Under the pieces are notes generated by a model. The model saw only the letters and a list, made by a program, of their open reading frames with translations, was not told the DNA's origin and did not search any database. Positions 8,796 through 18,796 of a stretch of 64,000 bases of DNA are shown piece by piece. Origin of the DNA: a virus. The position numbers and the translations under genes were made by a program. The stretch is from IMG/VR virus record IMGVR_UViG_3300028029_000124. The stretch is one strand, 5' to 3'. Within the stretch, counting starts at the first letter, position 1; every line of letters begins with the position of its first letter.

Positions 8796-9026
8796 ATGGC
8801 GGCAGATCAAACACACGACCAAGGTATGGGTGAGAGCAGAGAGAGCAGAGAGAGCATAGCCAGGAAGCTGTGCTCTGCTTGGCCGTGCCTCCCGCGAAGC
8901 TTGCGGGAAAACATGGGCCTAACTGCTCTGCAGTCAGTTCAGGCGCACGCAATGATGAGAGAATGCGAACATCTAGGTGACTATGCTATGTTACAAAAGG
9001 TCCAGGACATGTTATCCTGCATGTAG
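8796..9026 (+). CDS. Hypothetical protein
   Basis: ATG ORF, first of a compact plus-strand run; no motif recognised. Confidence 0.45.
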   Translation: MAADQTHDQGMGESRESRESIARKLCSAWPCLPRSLRENMGLTALQSVQAHAMMRECEHLGDYAMLQKVQDMLSCM

Positions 9027-9040
9027 GAGCGTGTAGGTAT

Positions 9041-9223
9041 ATGTCCTTTCATGACGAGATAGCGGAAAAAGTGGGTCACAGCAGCAGAGCCGTGGGTAAA
9101 TTAGCGGGTGCCTTACGTGATCTTGGGGACGTGGCCAACGCACACATGGCAGATGCTGTAGCTAAAACTTTGGCTGACATTGCTAGTCAAGCACTGGCGG
9201 AGACACAACCCATAGATTTGTAG
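9041..9223 (+). CDS. Hypothetical protein
   Basis: 60-aa helical ORF with purine-rich upstream sequence, closely spaced with neighbours. Confidence 0.55.
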   Translation: MSFHDEIAEKVGHSSRAVGKLAGALRDLGDVANAHMADAVAKTLADIASQALAETQPIDL

Positions 9224-9233
9224 GTAAAATGAC

Positions 9234-9644
9234 ATGAAAATTCACGCAATAGCTTCTGCGGATTACGAATCTATCCGACAATATAAATATCGCACCATAA
9301 GGGAGATGGTATTTCAGACTCCGGTACCTGCAACAGAAATAGTTGTTACAGGTGACGGATACGTTAGCCTGGATGTTGTCGGAGTGTTGTCGCTACGCAA
9401 GGGCTACGCGTGGGACGGACCTTCCGGCCCTACTTACGACGACGCTACCAACATGATTCCTAGTTTGGAGCACGACGCCTTTTACCAATTGATGTCAGAG
9501 GGCCTGCTTGCGCAAGGGTCTAGGGTCGCAGTAGATAGGTATTTTCGCACCAGGTTACTTCACCACGGCATGGGTAGATTGCGCGCGTACATCTATTTCC
9601 GTAGTGTGCGTGTATTTGGCGGAAAATACTCAGCCCGTGCGTAG
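9234..9644 (+). CDS. DUF1353-like protein
   Basis: GYAWDGPSGP...SLEHDAFYQL pattern, which I associate with DUF1353. Confidence 0.7.
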   Translation: MKIHAIASADYESIRQYKYRTIREMVFQTPVPATEIVVTGDGYVSLDVVGVLSLRKGYAWDGPSGPTYDDATNMIPSLEHDAFYQLMSEGLLAQGSRVAVDRYFRTRLLHHGMGRLRAYIYFRSVRVFGGKYSARA

Positions 9645-9666
9645 GTATCCCAACAACACTACGGAA

Positions 9667-10074
9667 ATGCAGCGAAAAATGTTGCACAAGGTAGAGCACG
9701 AGCCGGGTTACGTCCCTAGCACGTTGAAGACGCGCAACCGTTTGGCCCTGCTAGTACAGCGTGGTTTCATCGTAGAACTACCTAATGGCAGGCACACGTT
9801 GGCCAAAGATATATTGCCGCAAATCACTTACTTCATACAGGAAGCGGGCGGCGGAGACATATGTATAGGTGTGAGTCACACACACAAAATAGTAGATGGG
9901 CTACAAGCAGGCAATCCGCGAAAGATTGCGTTGTTGGGAGCTTTTTCTGGTGACCGCATGCGCGACATGCTGCCTAGCATAAAGCGCCACAGTATTATAG
10001 GTAATTGGTATTCTCCGCACAGAGACGTTATTAGGTGGACTAAACATATAGACTTTTCTACGGTTGACGTATAG
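9667..10074 (+). CDS. Protein with C-terminal GIY-YIG/T5orf172-like domain (degenerate)
   Basis: TYFIQ...ICIGVS...LQAGNP..IALL resembles the T5orf172 pattern YFIQ..KIG.S..RL..LQTG.P; start assumed at MQRKML. Confidence 0.55.
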   Translation: MQRKMLHKVEHEPGYVPSTLKTRNRLALLVQRGFIVELPNGRHTLAKDILPQITYFIQEAGGGDICIGVSHTHKIVDGLQAGNPRKIALLGAFSGDRMRDMLPSIKRHSIIGNWYSPHRDVIRWTKHIDFSTVDV

Positions 10075-10339
10075 TACCATGGCGAAAAAATACTCATTAG
10101 TGTATCCCGCCCCTCGTGTCGGCGTAGGAACTACTCGTAGCGAATTGGTCAGCATTTTGCGCATGTTAGGTAAGCGACTAGGTTTCGTCTGCCCGGAGGA
10201 TTGGTACTCCCTTGAATATAATGACCTAGACATATTTGTGGGGCTACGTGCCAGAGCAGGTAACCCTATTAGGGCAGCTAGGACTGTACATCCTGAGTTG
10301 AACCCGCTTGAGTTCCTCTGTCGTTCACCTTCGTGCTAA
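10064..10339 (+). CDS. Hypothetical protein
   Basis: Overlaps the preceding stop; start may be MAKKY; no firm family. Confidence 0.5.
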   Translation: MTYSTMAKKYSLVYPAPRVGVGTTRSELVSILRMLGKRLGFVCPEDWYSLEYNDLDIFVGLRARAGNPIRAARTVHPELNPLEFLCRSPSC

Positions 10340-10347
10340 CCTAGGGT

Positions 10348-10695
10348 ATGTCCGACCAGTTCGTAGATAGGGTTGCGGCACTTTCCGGGCACACTACTCG
10401 TGCGTGTAAGGCAGTAGCGGACGCTTTAGAGTCCGCAGATATCGGCATGTCTGCACAAGCGGAAACTTTGCGCAGGGTAGCAAACGAGCACGCTAGTGTG
10501 GTGTTCGACTGTTTTTGTGAAACGCAACCCATCGAGCTTCACAGATTCCAGATTTGTGCGAGGTTGAAACTTAGCATATCTGAAATATCCGCCTTAGCTG
10601 TTGACTTAGAGCAAAGAAGTAGGCCAGGAGGCAAAAAAATAAAGCGTGCCGTCGATTTGTTAATTTCTGTGCTGCACGAACAACCAGACGACTGA
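10348..10695 (+). CDS. Hypothetical protein
   Basis: ATG ORF continuing the plus-strand run, followed by a hairpin. Confidence 0.6.
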   Translation: MSDQFVDRVAALSGHTTRACKAVADALESADIGMSAQAETLRRVANEHASVVFDCFCETQPIELHRFQICARLKLSISEISALAVDLEQRSRPGGKKIKRAVDLLISVLHEQPDD

Positions 10696-10728
10696 CTTGA
10701 CTACGCGCCGAGCAAGTCGGTCGTCTGG
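10684..10728. terminator. Hairpin between convergent genes
   Basis: CCAGACGACTGACTTG / CAAGTCGGTCGTCTGG, 16-bp stem with one G-T pair, 13-nt loop. Confidence 0.6.
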
Positions 10729-10743
10729 AAATTGCGTGTAGTA

Positions 10744-11046
10744 CTACTTACCGGCAGGGGTTGCGTCTGAGGTATCCGAGCCCTTGGGGGCTGCGTCTGG
10801 GGTATCCGAGCCCTTGGGGGCTGCGTCTGGGGCATCCGAGCCCTTGGGGGCTGCGTCTGAGGCATCCGAGCCCTTGTGGGCTGCGTCTGAGGCATCCGAG
10901 CCCTTGGGGGCTGCGTCTGAGGAATCCGAGCCCTTGGGGGCTGCGTGTGTTAGGCCTTGATTGTTACCGACCGTTGCCTTTTCTTCGTGTGTGCAACATG
11001 CAGGAATAATAGTTGCAAAAACAAAACAGGTGATTTTTGAGAACAT
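10744..11046 (-). CDS. Secreted/lipoprotein-like protein with 10-aa repeat (DAAPKGSDxS)
   Basis: MFSKITCFVFATIIPACC hydrophobic leader then six decapeptide repeats. Confidence 0.6.
   Translation of the reverse strand: MFSKITCFVFATIIPACCTHEEKATVGNNQGLTHAAPKGSDSSDAAPKGSDASDAAHKGSDASDAAPKGSDAPDAAPKGSDTPDAAPKGSDTSDATPAGK
10761..10946. repeat. 30-bp tandem repeat, 6 full units plus a partial
   Basis: Unit CTGCGTCTGAGGCATCCGAGCCCTTGGGGG with few substitutions. Confidence 0.95.
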
Positions 11047-11078
11047 GGCAGGTAACCTAACACCTGGTTGGCTGCATG

Positions 11079-11549
11079 TCACCCATTACCGATAGGTCCA
11101 AACATTCTAGGCCCCATGTTTTCTGGGTGAGTTAATTGGTCCACGGCGTGAGCTATGGCGTCTGCCCAGGGCCGAGTATCTTCACGCAGATATGGGAAAG
11201 TTTGCATAGCTACGCCTTCCGTAGGGGAGAAATCTACGACGACGATATTTGCCTGTGTATTGGAGCACATCCCCGTAACGTAGTCTGGAGATGCTGCCAT
11301 GTTCCTCACCACAAATTCTGCGCTGTCGCTGTATGCGGAACAAAAATTATTGAACACTCGTAGCATGCCTTGGTCCACATCACATATTTCCAGTGCTACT
11401 ATCGACTTGTTTTGTCTGCGTGCACGAAAAACTAGGTCTTCTCCGGAAGGCAATTTATTGTTGAAACAGAACCTACGGCTTGTTTTTTTGTTCTGTTTGG
11501 TGACCAAGATTGCTAGAAGGGCAGCAGCAGGGATGATTATGGGCAACAT
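11079..11549 (-). CDS. N-terminally membrane-anchored protein
   Basis: MLPIIIPAAALLAILV followed by basic TKQNKK. Confidence 0.7.
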   Translation of the reverse strand: MLPIIIPAAALLAILVTKQNKKTSRRFCFNNKLPSGEDLVFRARRQNKSIVALEICDVDQGMLRVFNNFCSAYSDSAEFVVRNMAASPDYVTGMCSNTQANIVVVDFSPTEGVAMQTFPYLREDTRPWADAIAHAVDQLTHPENMGPRMFGPIGNG

Positions 11550-11643
11550 GCCAGCATACTACCTCGAAATCTGTGGGGGGTCACATATTTCGAGGTAGTA
11601 TGCTGGCATGTTACTGTGATGGCTACTTATTGCCTCAGAGTAA

Positions 11644-11997
11644 TTACTCGGACGTACCTAGCTCTGCTGCTCTGCTACGTACCATATCGAGCAAGCGAGG
11701 TAAGGTTGCGTCGTTTGCCCGGAAACTTACTCTCTGCGTGTCGGAGAAAGGTAGGGGCAAGCGGGTCCTCCACACTCTAGGGGTATACGGGTGCTTCTCC
11801 AAGCATTTTACTTTGCTGCTATCCGTACGGTATAGGGAATAGCCGCACAGATCGCAGGCCCCCCAAAGCATCGCTGACGACCTACTTTCGTGAAAATAGA
11901 TAAAGCTACACTCCTTGTCGTTATCGTACCAATATGCCATAGGTAGGAGATGAGTCCCTATGGGAGAGTACACTATTGATCTGTGCCAAAGTTCCAC
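11644..11997 (-). CDS. Hypothetical protein
   Basis: Abuts the upstream gene; CxxC (CDLC) present. Confidence 0.55.
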   Translation of the reverse strand: MELWHRSIVYSPIGTHLLPMAYWYDNDKECSFIYFHESRSSAMLWGACDLCGYSLYRTDSSKVKCLEKHPYTPRVWRTRLPLPFSDTQRVSFRANDATLPRLLDMVRSRAAELGTSE

Positions 11998-12348
11998 TTA
12001 GAACTCGTGTGAGGAGATAAACAAGTCTGCTAGGGCGTCTAGTTCTGACCTAGACAGCCTGTTGCCTGACTTGCGGCTAGCTTTTATTCTAGCGTAAGTG
12101 GCACGTAGTGTCGTAGCTTTAGCTGCTTCGGTAGCGATGCTTTCTGCTGCCGTCAACCTGTCCTTCTCTGCTGCCGCATTGAAAGTTAGTCGCGAACCAC
12201 ACACGATTTTTCCGTTGTGTTCCCACCCAAAAAACTCCCCGTCCGCACCTTTTAGTACTACGGGGCGCTTATCCGAGTGAGCCTTGGAATGTACCGGAAA
12301 TATCCCATCCTTACTCTCGTCCCAGTCTCTTATCTTTCTGTATGACAT
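11998..12348 (-). CDS. Hypothetical protein
   Basis: Start overlaps the stop of the LamG gene. Confidence 0.6.
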   Translation of the reverse strand: MSYRKIRDWDESKDGIFPVHSKAHSDKRPVVLKGADGEFFGWEHNGKIVCGSRLTFNAAAEKDRLTAAESIATEAAKATTLRATYARIKASRKSGNRLSRSELDALADLFISSHEF

Positions 12349-13730
12349 TACCCTTTGTCCTCTATGTAGTAAAGAGAGAAGCTCGTGCCTTGCAACATAG
12401 TTCCTGTGGTAGTGGTTATGGTTAGCCCATGCATGTTCGTGGATGCCTCGTCCCAGAACCCTCCGAACGACCTAGACAACACATTAGCTGACGTTGGCGC
12501 TGCCGTATATGCTAGCGTCATATTTCCTTGGTACATCCTTCTCCCCGCACGGGTACCGGATGACCCTCCCACGTTAGCTTCTGGATATATAGTTGCCTCT
12601 GTTAGGATAGTACCTTGTGCGGACCCTTCAGGTATGGCTAGGTGAGCAATAACCCAGCCTGTAGATGACGCAGTTATACCTTGCATGTCACTACCTATGT
12701 TAGAAGCTAGTCCATTAGGCCTAGCCTCCACTAGTATTGCTCCTGAAGTAGCTACCCTACCGACTAAATAATATGTTCCGTCGGCGTTACCATTCAGTCC
12801 GTCGAAGGTTAGTGTGGTAACATCTGCTGTCGCTGTTAGTGTGTCTATCAGCACCATACCTTGGCGTATGAACCTTTGTCGGTATACGTCGTGTGCCTGT
12901 CGAATCTCTATGTCAGATAGTTGCCTGTCCCACATACCGACAATATCTATATCTCCTGTGTATGGATTGTCGCCGTCCTCAGACCTACCTATGTATATGT
13001 CATTCCCTACATCGGAGTTTCGGGTACCGGCAGGTGTACCATCAAAGGATGGCACCAATTTACCGTCAAAAAATATATCTACTCCGCTGGTCGTTCCTCG
13101 GATGGCTAAAGATGTCCAGCGGTCAACTACTGCGTCTTCTGGGGTGGAGCTTGCTGCGTAATCCGTAATACTGAAATTTTGTCGGAATTGAACGCTTTCC
13201 GACCCTAGCAGTTTCACGTCCCACCCACTGTTTCCAGCCGGTCCCCTAGTACTTATTAGGGTCTTTGTTCCAGACGTACTGGTGTTCCTAAACCATAGCA
13301 ATAGGGTGCCCCCTCCTGAGTCCCATAGGTTATCTAACACAGAATTCTTAGCGAAACTTACTGCTCCTGCCACTCCATCGAATGACATATGTGAGTCCAC
13401 CACAGATGCGCCTGTTATTTTAGTTCCTCCGCTCGCGTTGCCCTGAACGTCGTTTATGTAAGAAAGCCCGTTGTCAGGCGCAGAGTAGTTGTTGCCAATG
13501 TCGAACAACATCTCTCGGTTGAGGTTAGGCAAACCACTAGGTGTTCCTTTGGTGACCATCTCCCACGAGGATGTTTGCGCCAGTACTTGTACAGGAGCAC
13601 AAAAATTACTTATAGTCTCTACCCACGCCAAACACTCCAGTGTCAGCCCGTCGTCCGACCCTAGAGCTATGATATCATCCACGTTATCCACGTGGTAGAA
13701 TAGTTTATTTGTGATTGTATTTATTGCCAT
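12348..13730 (-). CDS. LamG/concanavalin A-like domain virion protein
   Basis: RWTSLAI...DIFFDGKL...IYIGR...YTGDIDIVGMWDRQLSDIEI is a Laminin_G_3-type signature. Confidence 0.8.
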   Translation of the reverse strand: MAINTITNKLFYHVDNVDDIIALGSDDGLTLECLAWVETISNFCAPVQVLAQTSSWEMVTKGTPSGLPNLNREMLFDIGNNYSAPDNGLSYINDVQGNASGGTKITGASVVDSHMSFDGVAGAVSFAKNSVLDNLWDSGGGTLLLWFRNTSTSGTKTLISTRGPAGNSGWDVKLLGSESVQFRQNFSITDYAASSTPEDAVVDRWTSLAIRGTTSGVDIFFDGKLVPSFDGTPAGTRNSDVGNDIYIGRSEDGDNPYTGDIDIVGMWDRQLSDIEIRQAHDVYRQRFIRQGMVLIDTLTATADVTTLTFDGLNGNADGTYYLVGRVATSGAILVEARPNGLASNIGSDMQGITASSTGWVIAHLAIPEGSAQGTILTEATIYPEANVGGSSGTRAGRRMYQGNMTLAYTAAPTSANVLSRSFGGFWDEASTNMHGLTITTTTGTMLQGTSFSLYYIEDKG

Positions 13731-13745
13731 TTCTTATGTTCGCCC

Positions 13746-15077
13746 TTACGCGCCCCAAGATACGACCTCTACACTGAAAGTAGCAATCCCGCCATCATTA
13801 TTTGCTATCCTGCAGTACAATGTATTTGCCTCTAAACCTGCCCCGCTATCGCCTAGCAACGCTGAGTTAGACCTGTCGGAATACTCAAGTGACGTGTCTA
13901 CGTTTGCTTGAGAATATATTGTATCTGTGCGCGAGGCGTCCCTAAAGAATGTTATCGTAGCATCTGAGCATGTTCCCGTTGCCGTGACTACTCGTAAAAA
14001 CGGCAGAGATATATACGCAGACCCTACTACTATAGAAAAATCTACTATCCCACCTCCGCCTGCTGCTGACCCCGTAACGATGGGGGACCCTCTCGTATCG
14101 AGGGTTTCTCTAACTATCCCTGTTACTGCGGCTGCTGCACTGTTACTTATCGTGTTTGTTGTGCGGTACTGAACTCTCCAAGATATATTGGTAGCCACTA
14201 GTCCAGTAGCTATGACGACCACGCTGTTGTTGTCGGCAGCGAGGGTTGCAGTTACTGTATTAGCTAGGCTCTTGCGTGTCTCGAAACCGTTGGTCTCTTG
14301 CGTCCACGTCTGCGCCCCTGCACCATCTCTATAATAGGTGAACACCTGCCTGCGGAAGTATATGTTGCCTGGCCCTGCGTCTGCCGTGATCAATACTTCT
14401 ACGCTGTGTTGTGTGCCGTCCGTGACCGTAGGTATGGGCGTAGCGATAGTTACGCCCACAGTAGCGTCGGTGGTTGTGAACGTATCTTCTCGCCAAGCGC
14501 CGGAATCTGTTGCCGTACCCAGTGTTATCCAATTTGTTCCTGGCGACACTCCTGGCGTGTTGTTGACGTAAATGCCCGAACCTACCCCGGCCCCTCTCAG
14601 GTATATCGACCCTGCTAGGGCAGCGATTGTGCCTCCTGGGTCTCGGTTGCCTGTAAATACTTGTGTGCTATTTGAAGTATTTGGCCCGGACGCAGACAAA
14701 CGTAGATACGGCGACTCGTCTCCTGACCATTGAGGTATGATGTCGACATATCCGTCGCTAGTTGTCCCTTCTCCCAGCGATATGGCCACATTGCCTCCGG
14801 GTCCACCTGTAGCAGCACCCGTAGATATCTTTACGTCCCCTCCCAGGGACACTCCTCCTGACGCCGCCACATATACCATTTCCCCTGGTCCTGACGCACC
14901 GGGAGAACCGGAAGAAATTGATACTGCTCCTCCCGAACCTGCTCCGTCACCATCTCCTCCCACTACGGAAATTAGGTTGCCGTCGTCACCAGAGGCAGGT
15001 GCGGCAGATTGTCCATGAACGGTGTCTCCGGGGGCTACGAGCAGCCCGAGCCCATAAGTTCTGACTATTTTTTGCAT
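13746..15077 (-). CDS. Gly-rich fibre/spike-like structural protein
   Basis: GGxVxIxxG repeats and a motif (GNRDP...GSIYLR...W) shared with the two larger paralogs. Confidence 0.65.
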   Translation of the reverse strand: MQKIVRTYGLGLLVAPGDTVHGQSAAPASGDDGNLISVVGGDGDGAGSGGAVSISSGSPGASGPGEMVYVAASGGVSLGGDVKISTGAATGGPGGNVAISLGEGTTSDGYVDIIPQWSGDESPYLRLSASGPNTSNSTQVFTGNRDPGGTIAALAGSIYLRGAGVGSGIYVNNTPGVSPGTNWITLGTATDSGAWREDTFTTTDATVGVTIATPIPTVTDGTQHSVEVLITADAGPGNIYFRRQVFTYYRDGAGAQTWTQETNGFETRKSLANTVTATLAADNNSVVVIATGLVATNISWRVQYRTTNTISNSAAAAVTGIVRETLDTRGSPIVTGSAAGGGGIVDFSIVVGSAYISLPFLRVVTATGTCSDATITFFRDASRTDTIYSQANVDTSLEYSDRSNSALLGDSGAGLEANTLYCRIANNDGGIATFSVEVVSWGA

Positions 15078-15121
15078 TTATGTGCTTTATAGTTAGGTGC
15101 GGAAACTTACCGCACTGTGGA

Positions 15122-18100
15122 TTAGAATGTCTTGACCACCAGTTTAACTACGTCTGTAGCAAACAAAGGGTAACCAAATTGTATGGAGTCTCCGGCAATT
15201 CCTGAGTTACCTGCAGCACATGTGAAGGATCCCGCTGTGCTCGATGTCACGTTGCTGTTTATCTCCTCTAGGCCATTCACCGACACGACAACGCGAGTGA
15301 CGAAACCGGATCCTGTAGGCACAGAAGTAGGGATGGTCCCTCCCCCCAAATCCACCAGTGATGTGAGCAAAATGTCTGTGTTGGCGGAAACCGCCCCTGG
15401 GACAAACTGACCTACAGTTTCGGAGTACGAGGATCCTCCTGCACCCACCTCAGTCCAGGTTGTGCCTTCCGAAACTACATCCGACGTATTTATCCACAGC
15501 GCCCCCGGAATGCCGTCTACTGCTTGTGTGTTGCGGAAATACAGTGAAGACGGCATCGCAGCAATTGACGCGGCGCCTGGGTCACGAGTACCTACCAACA
15601 TTTGTGCGGAAGATCCGTTTGTTCCACCCGTAGATAGCTCCACGATGTGCTCGTTGTCCAGGCTAGTGTCAGCATCCACAAATAAGTATCCGGGGATTCC
15701 TGCTGTCTCTAGGCCTGGCTGGACAACTACATTTCCTCCTCTGAGTCCCGTAATCCCTGCTGGTCCCCCCTTAATTATGGTGTCCGTGCCGGAAACTGAT
15801 CCTACTGAGGCGCCCGCACTGATCACTAATGGTCCAGCGGATGCGTTAGTTCCCGCCAATCCTGCTCCCGACGTAATAGTTACGTCACCTCCGCCTTGAT
15901 CGTCACATATTCCACCGGTGATGACGACCTTTCCTCCTAAAAAGCCGCCTGTTCCTACGTTGTGGGCATTTCCGCCAGTGATCGTTACGCTACCAGGAAG
16001 GCCGTCAGACTCTCCCATCGCCGCGTTTCCTGCCTTGATTGTGACGTTTCCGCCATTGCCGGGATCTCCGACGCCAGTATCTCCACATATCAGGCTGATG
16101 CTACCTGTTGCGGATTCGAGGTCTATGCCGTCTGCTGTGAGTATGGCGATGTCTCCGTAATTGCCTGCGGTCTGGATGGTTAGATTACTAAGATCTCCGA
16201 GCGTCTGAACAATTACATGTTCTTCGCTTTCTATAGTCTGTAGGGTTAGGTCTCCCGCAGACGCCTGAACTGTCCCTGACGTTCCTTCGAAATCTATAGT
16301 GTTCGCTACCCCGCCACCTGCGTGGAGTCCTACCTGGATGCGTGTGGATGCGCTCTCTGTGTCGAACGCCGCTCCGTCAAAGAATAAGTTTCGTGCTGTA
16401 CGTACCTCTAGCCCGCCGGCAGAGTCTCCCACGTCACCTATCGTTATCAAGTCACCTATTGCCCTAGGATTGAGCGACAGTAGGTTGTTTGTTCCTGCAT
16501 CATTGCTGAACGATAGCGTGTCAGCGTCGGTGATGCGCCAATCGAAAGATTGGTCCATGTTTGCATCGGTAGCGCCTGTGTCCTCTACTGCAACCTCTAG
16601 CGTTCCTCCCCCACCCGACCCCGTGCCTACCTGCACCCAGTCTGTGTTGTTGGGCACCGCACCATTATGTATGTACATGGTAGATAGCGTCCCGGATGCT
16701 CGGTATGCTATATCTCCTGGGTTGCCCGTAATGTTTCCTATGGGGCTGGCGGCAGTCACATACTGCCTAACGTCATCGGTCGTACCTGTGTTGAGCAAGC
16801 GCAACACAATATCCCCTGCAGTAGATGCGGGAGCAGAACGTACAGTGACTGCGCCCAGTATGCCGCTGGAAGACGTCCCTGGAGACAGGGTAATGTCTCC
16901 GCCTGCCCCCACTCCTGGGGCGGCTCCCGCGATGATGGACACGTCGCCCCCTCCACTAGTGCCTCCGCCGTTTCCTGCGGCCAGTGTGATGGCGCCCCCC
17001 ACATTATTTCCTGAGCTGGCGCCTGCCGCTACGGTAACCGCCCCACCGAGCCCAGATACAGTGACATCTCCGGCAGCTATGCTTATGTCTCCAGAGCTGC
17101 CCGTGTTCACGTCCCCTGTGCCCAGCGTCAACGGCCCAGAATTACCTGAAATACTTCCTGCTCCACGAGTACCTACTAAGATACTACCAGAGTCCCCTGT
17201 AGTGGACCCTGGTACGCCGGAGAGAAGTCGTATGTCTCCAGACGTCCCTGTTCCGGACGCAGAACCTGGTCCGGAGACAATGTCAATATTCCCGCCAATA
17301 GATCCCGCCGTAGATCCCCCGGCTCCGCCATTCAGGACTAGTGTGCCGCCAGCACCTGTCCCGGAGCCGCCGCCCGCTATAACGGAAATTTCTCCTCCTG
17401 CGTTGTTGCCTCCCGTGGCGGACCCGGAAGTGACGTTTACTGAGTTTCCTGCTGCTGCGGGCTCGTCTCCTGCGGTGATGTTTACAGCGTCCGCGGCAAG
17501 TAGGTCTAAGTTTCCAGACGTTTCCGTAGAGACAGTGAACGTACCAGTGGTTACTGTGATGTTTGATGCGCCAGTACCATCGATGGAGAAAGTCCCTCCA
17601 GACAGAAGGTCGAATGTGCCCGCGACATCCACATCCATATTCGTTCCGGCATTTACGTCCAACACAGTGCCAGATGTTATATCTACGTCTTGTCCGGCAG
17701 ATAGCGAAGCGTTGCCTGCGGAGGCCCCCACTGATATGTTGCCCGCAGATACTGTGAAATTAGACGTGGCGCCGGCGTCTAGGGACACCGCCCCTGCCAT
17801 GAGTACGTCGAAGGTAGTCCCGTCGAAATCCTGTATCGGAGCATCTACGTCGAATATCAAGGCGGCTCCCGCCACCTGCACACTCGTCGCCTCCGTGACA
17901 ACAAACATATTCGCACTCAAACTGTCCCGCAACCTCCAGGCGCGAGTAGCTGCCAGATTCACGGTAGCGTTGGTAGCTACTGTTACTGTGCTTGTGCCTT
18001 GGTTGTCGTACGCGTTTTGGCGTGTAACGTCTACCGCCGCTGCCTGGTCGACCAGGCCACCTGGCCAGGGAGCGAAACACTCTTCTGGGACGGACTCCAG

Positions 18101-18796
18101 TGTACTCCTAGCGACATACCCGTACTCGATGGTGAGCCCTGCTGCTGCTGTGGTCAGATCGAAGCCGTTACGTCCAGCGTTGACTACGACAAGCGAAATC
18201 TGAACTCCGTCTGCCCCGTTGTCGAAAGCGTTACCGTTTGTGGCCGTGCTGGGGCCCTGGAGTAGACCGTATACTTGGTCGCCTCCAGGAGTAGAGACCA
18301 CGTCCCCTGTGGCAGTATCTACTAGTACACAAAGATTCTTAGGTGCCAGTGCGTTCTGTCCAGGCACGACCACTGAAGAATTACCTGTACCTACTGCTCC
18401 AGCGAGTTGGGCAGTGATGGCACCAGAAGTCGTCACAGCTCCAATGGCAGATACTTCTGTAGGTACCTGTCCAGGAGAAGCCAGAGTAACTACGTTTGCT
18501 CCTCCCCCAACTACAATATCGGCAAGGGTAGATACCCGGCAGAGTATTGTTTTCCCTTCGAGGTCAGATAAGTCAGAATCTAATTCAATGACGCCTCGCG
18601 CGGTTACTGCGTCGTACCAGTGCTCTCCTCCTGTGGGGACAATTCCGTGAATTAGTTTGTTTACTTGTGATCTAATCGCGTTGTAATCGAACTCCCCGCT
18701 AGATGCTGCGGTCTGTAGTGCAGCGAGCCCGGTGCCTAATGTGTCCGTGTACGTGTCAGAAGGACGAAGCTGGGTAGATTGCCGTGTTTTTGACAT
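15122..18796 (-). CDS. Large Gly-rich fibre/spike-like protein (1224 aa)
   Basis: Long run of GGxIxLxAG beta-repeats; N-terminal ~470 aa almost identical to 19545..21806. Confidence 0.75.
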   Translation of the reverse strand: MSKTRQSTQLRPSDTYTDTLGTGLAALQTAASSGEFDYNAIRSQVNKLIHGIVPTGGEHWYDAVTARGVIELDSDLSDLEGKTILCRVSTLADIVVGGGANVVTLASPGQVPTEVSAIGAVTTSGAITAQLAGAVGTGNSSVVVPGQNALAPKNLCVLVDTATGDVVSTPGGDQVYGLLQGPSTATNGNAFDNGADGVQISLVVVNAGRNGFDLTTAAAGLTIEYGYVARSTLESVPEECFAPWPGGLVDQAAAVDVTRQNAYDNQGTSTVTVATNATVNLAATRAWRLRDSLSANMFVVTEATSVQVAGAALIFDVDAPIQDFDGTTFDVLMAGAVSLDAGATSNFTVSAGNISVGASAGNASLSAGQDVDITSGTVLDVNAGTNMDVDVAGTFDLLSGGTFSIDGTGASNITVTTGTFTVSTETSGNLDLLAADAVNITAGDEPAAAGNSVNVTSGSATGGNNAGGEISVIAGGGSGTGAGGTLVLNGGAGGSTAGSIGGNIDIVSGPGSASGTGTSGDIRLLSGVPGSTTGDSGSILVGTRGAGSISGNSGPLTLGTGDVNTGSSGDISIAAGDVTVSGLGGAVTVAAGASSGNNVGGAITLAAGNGGGTSGGGDVSIIAGAAPGVGAGGDITLSPGTSSSGILGAVTVRSAPASTAGDIVLRLLNTGTTDDVRQYVTAASPIGNITGNPGDIAYRASGTLSTMYIHNGAVPNNTDWVQVGTGSGGGGTLEVAVEDTGATDANMDQSFDWRITDADTLSFSNDAGTNNLLSLNPRAIGDLITIGDVGDSAGGLEVRTARNLFFDGAAFDTESASTRIQVGLHAGGGVANTIDFEGTSGTVQASAGDLTLQTIESEEHVIVQTLGDLSNLTIQTAGNYGDIAILTADGIDLESATGSISLICGDTGVGDPGNGGNVTIKAGNAAMGESDGLPGSVTITGGNAHNVGTGGFLGGKVVITGGICDDQGGGDVTITSGAGLAGTNASAGPLVISAGASVGSVSGTDTIIKGGPAGITGLRGGNVVVQPGLETAGIPGYLFVDADTSLDNEHIVELSTGGTNGSSAQMLVGTRDPGAASIAAMPSSLYFRNTQAVDGIPGALWINTSDVVSEGTTWTEVGAGGSSYSETVGQFVPGAVSANTDILLTSLVDLGGGTIPTSVPTGSGFVTRVVVSVNGLEEINSNVTSSTAGSFTCAAGNSGIAGDSIQFGYPLFATDVVKLVVKTF
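17384..18796. repeat. ~1.4-kb near-identical direct repeat, copy 1 (copy 2 at 20394-21806)
   Basis: Constant offset of 3010 bp; identical shadow ORFs in the track (17563/20573, 17760/20770, 17999/21009, 18219/21229); few substitutions seen, mostly near the ends. Confidence 0.95.
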
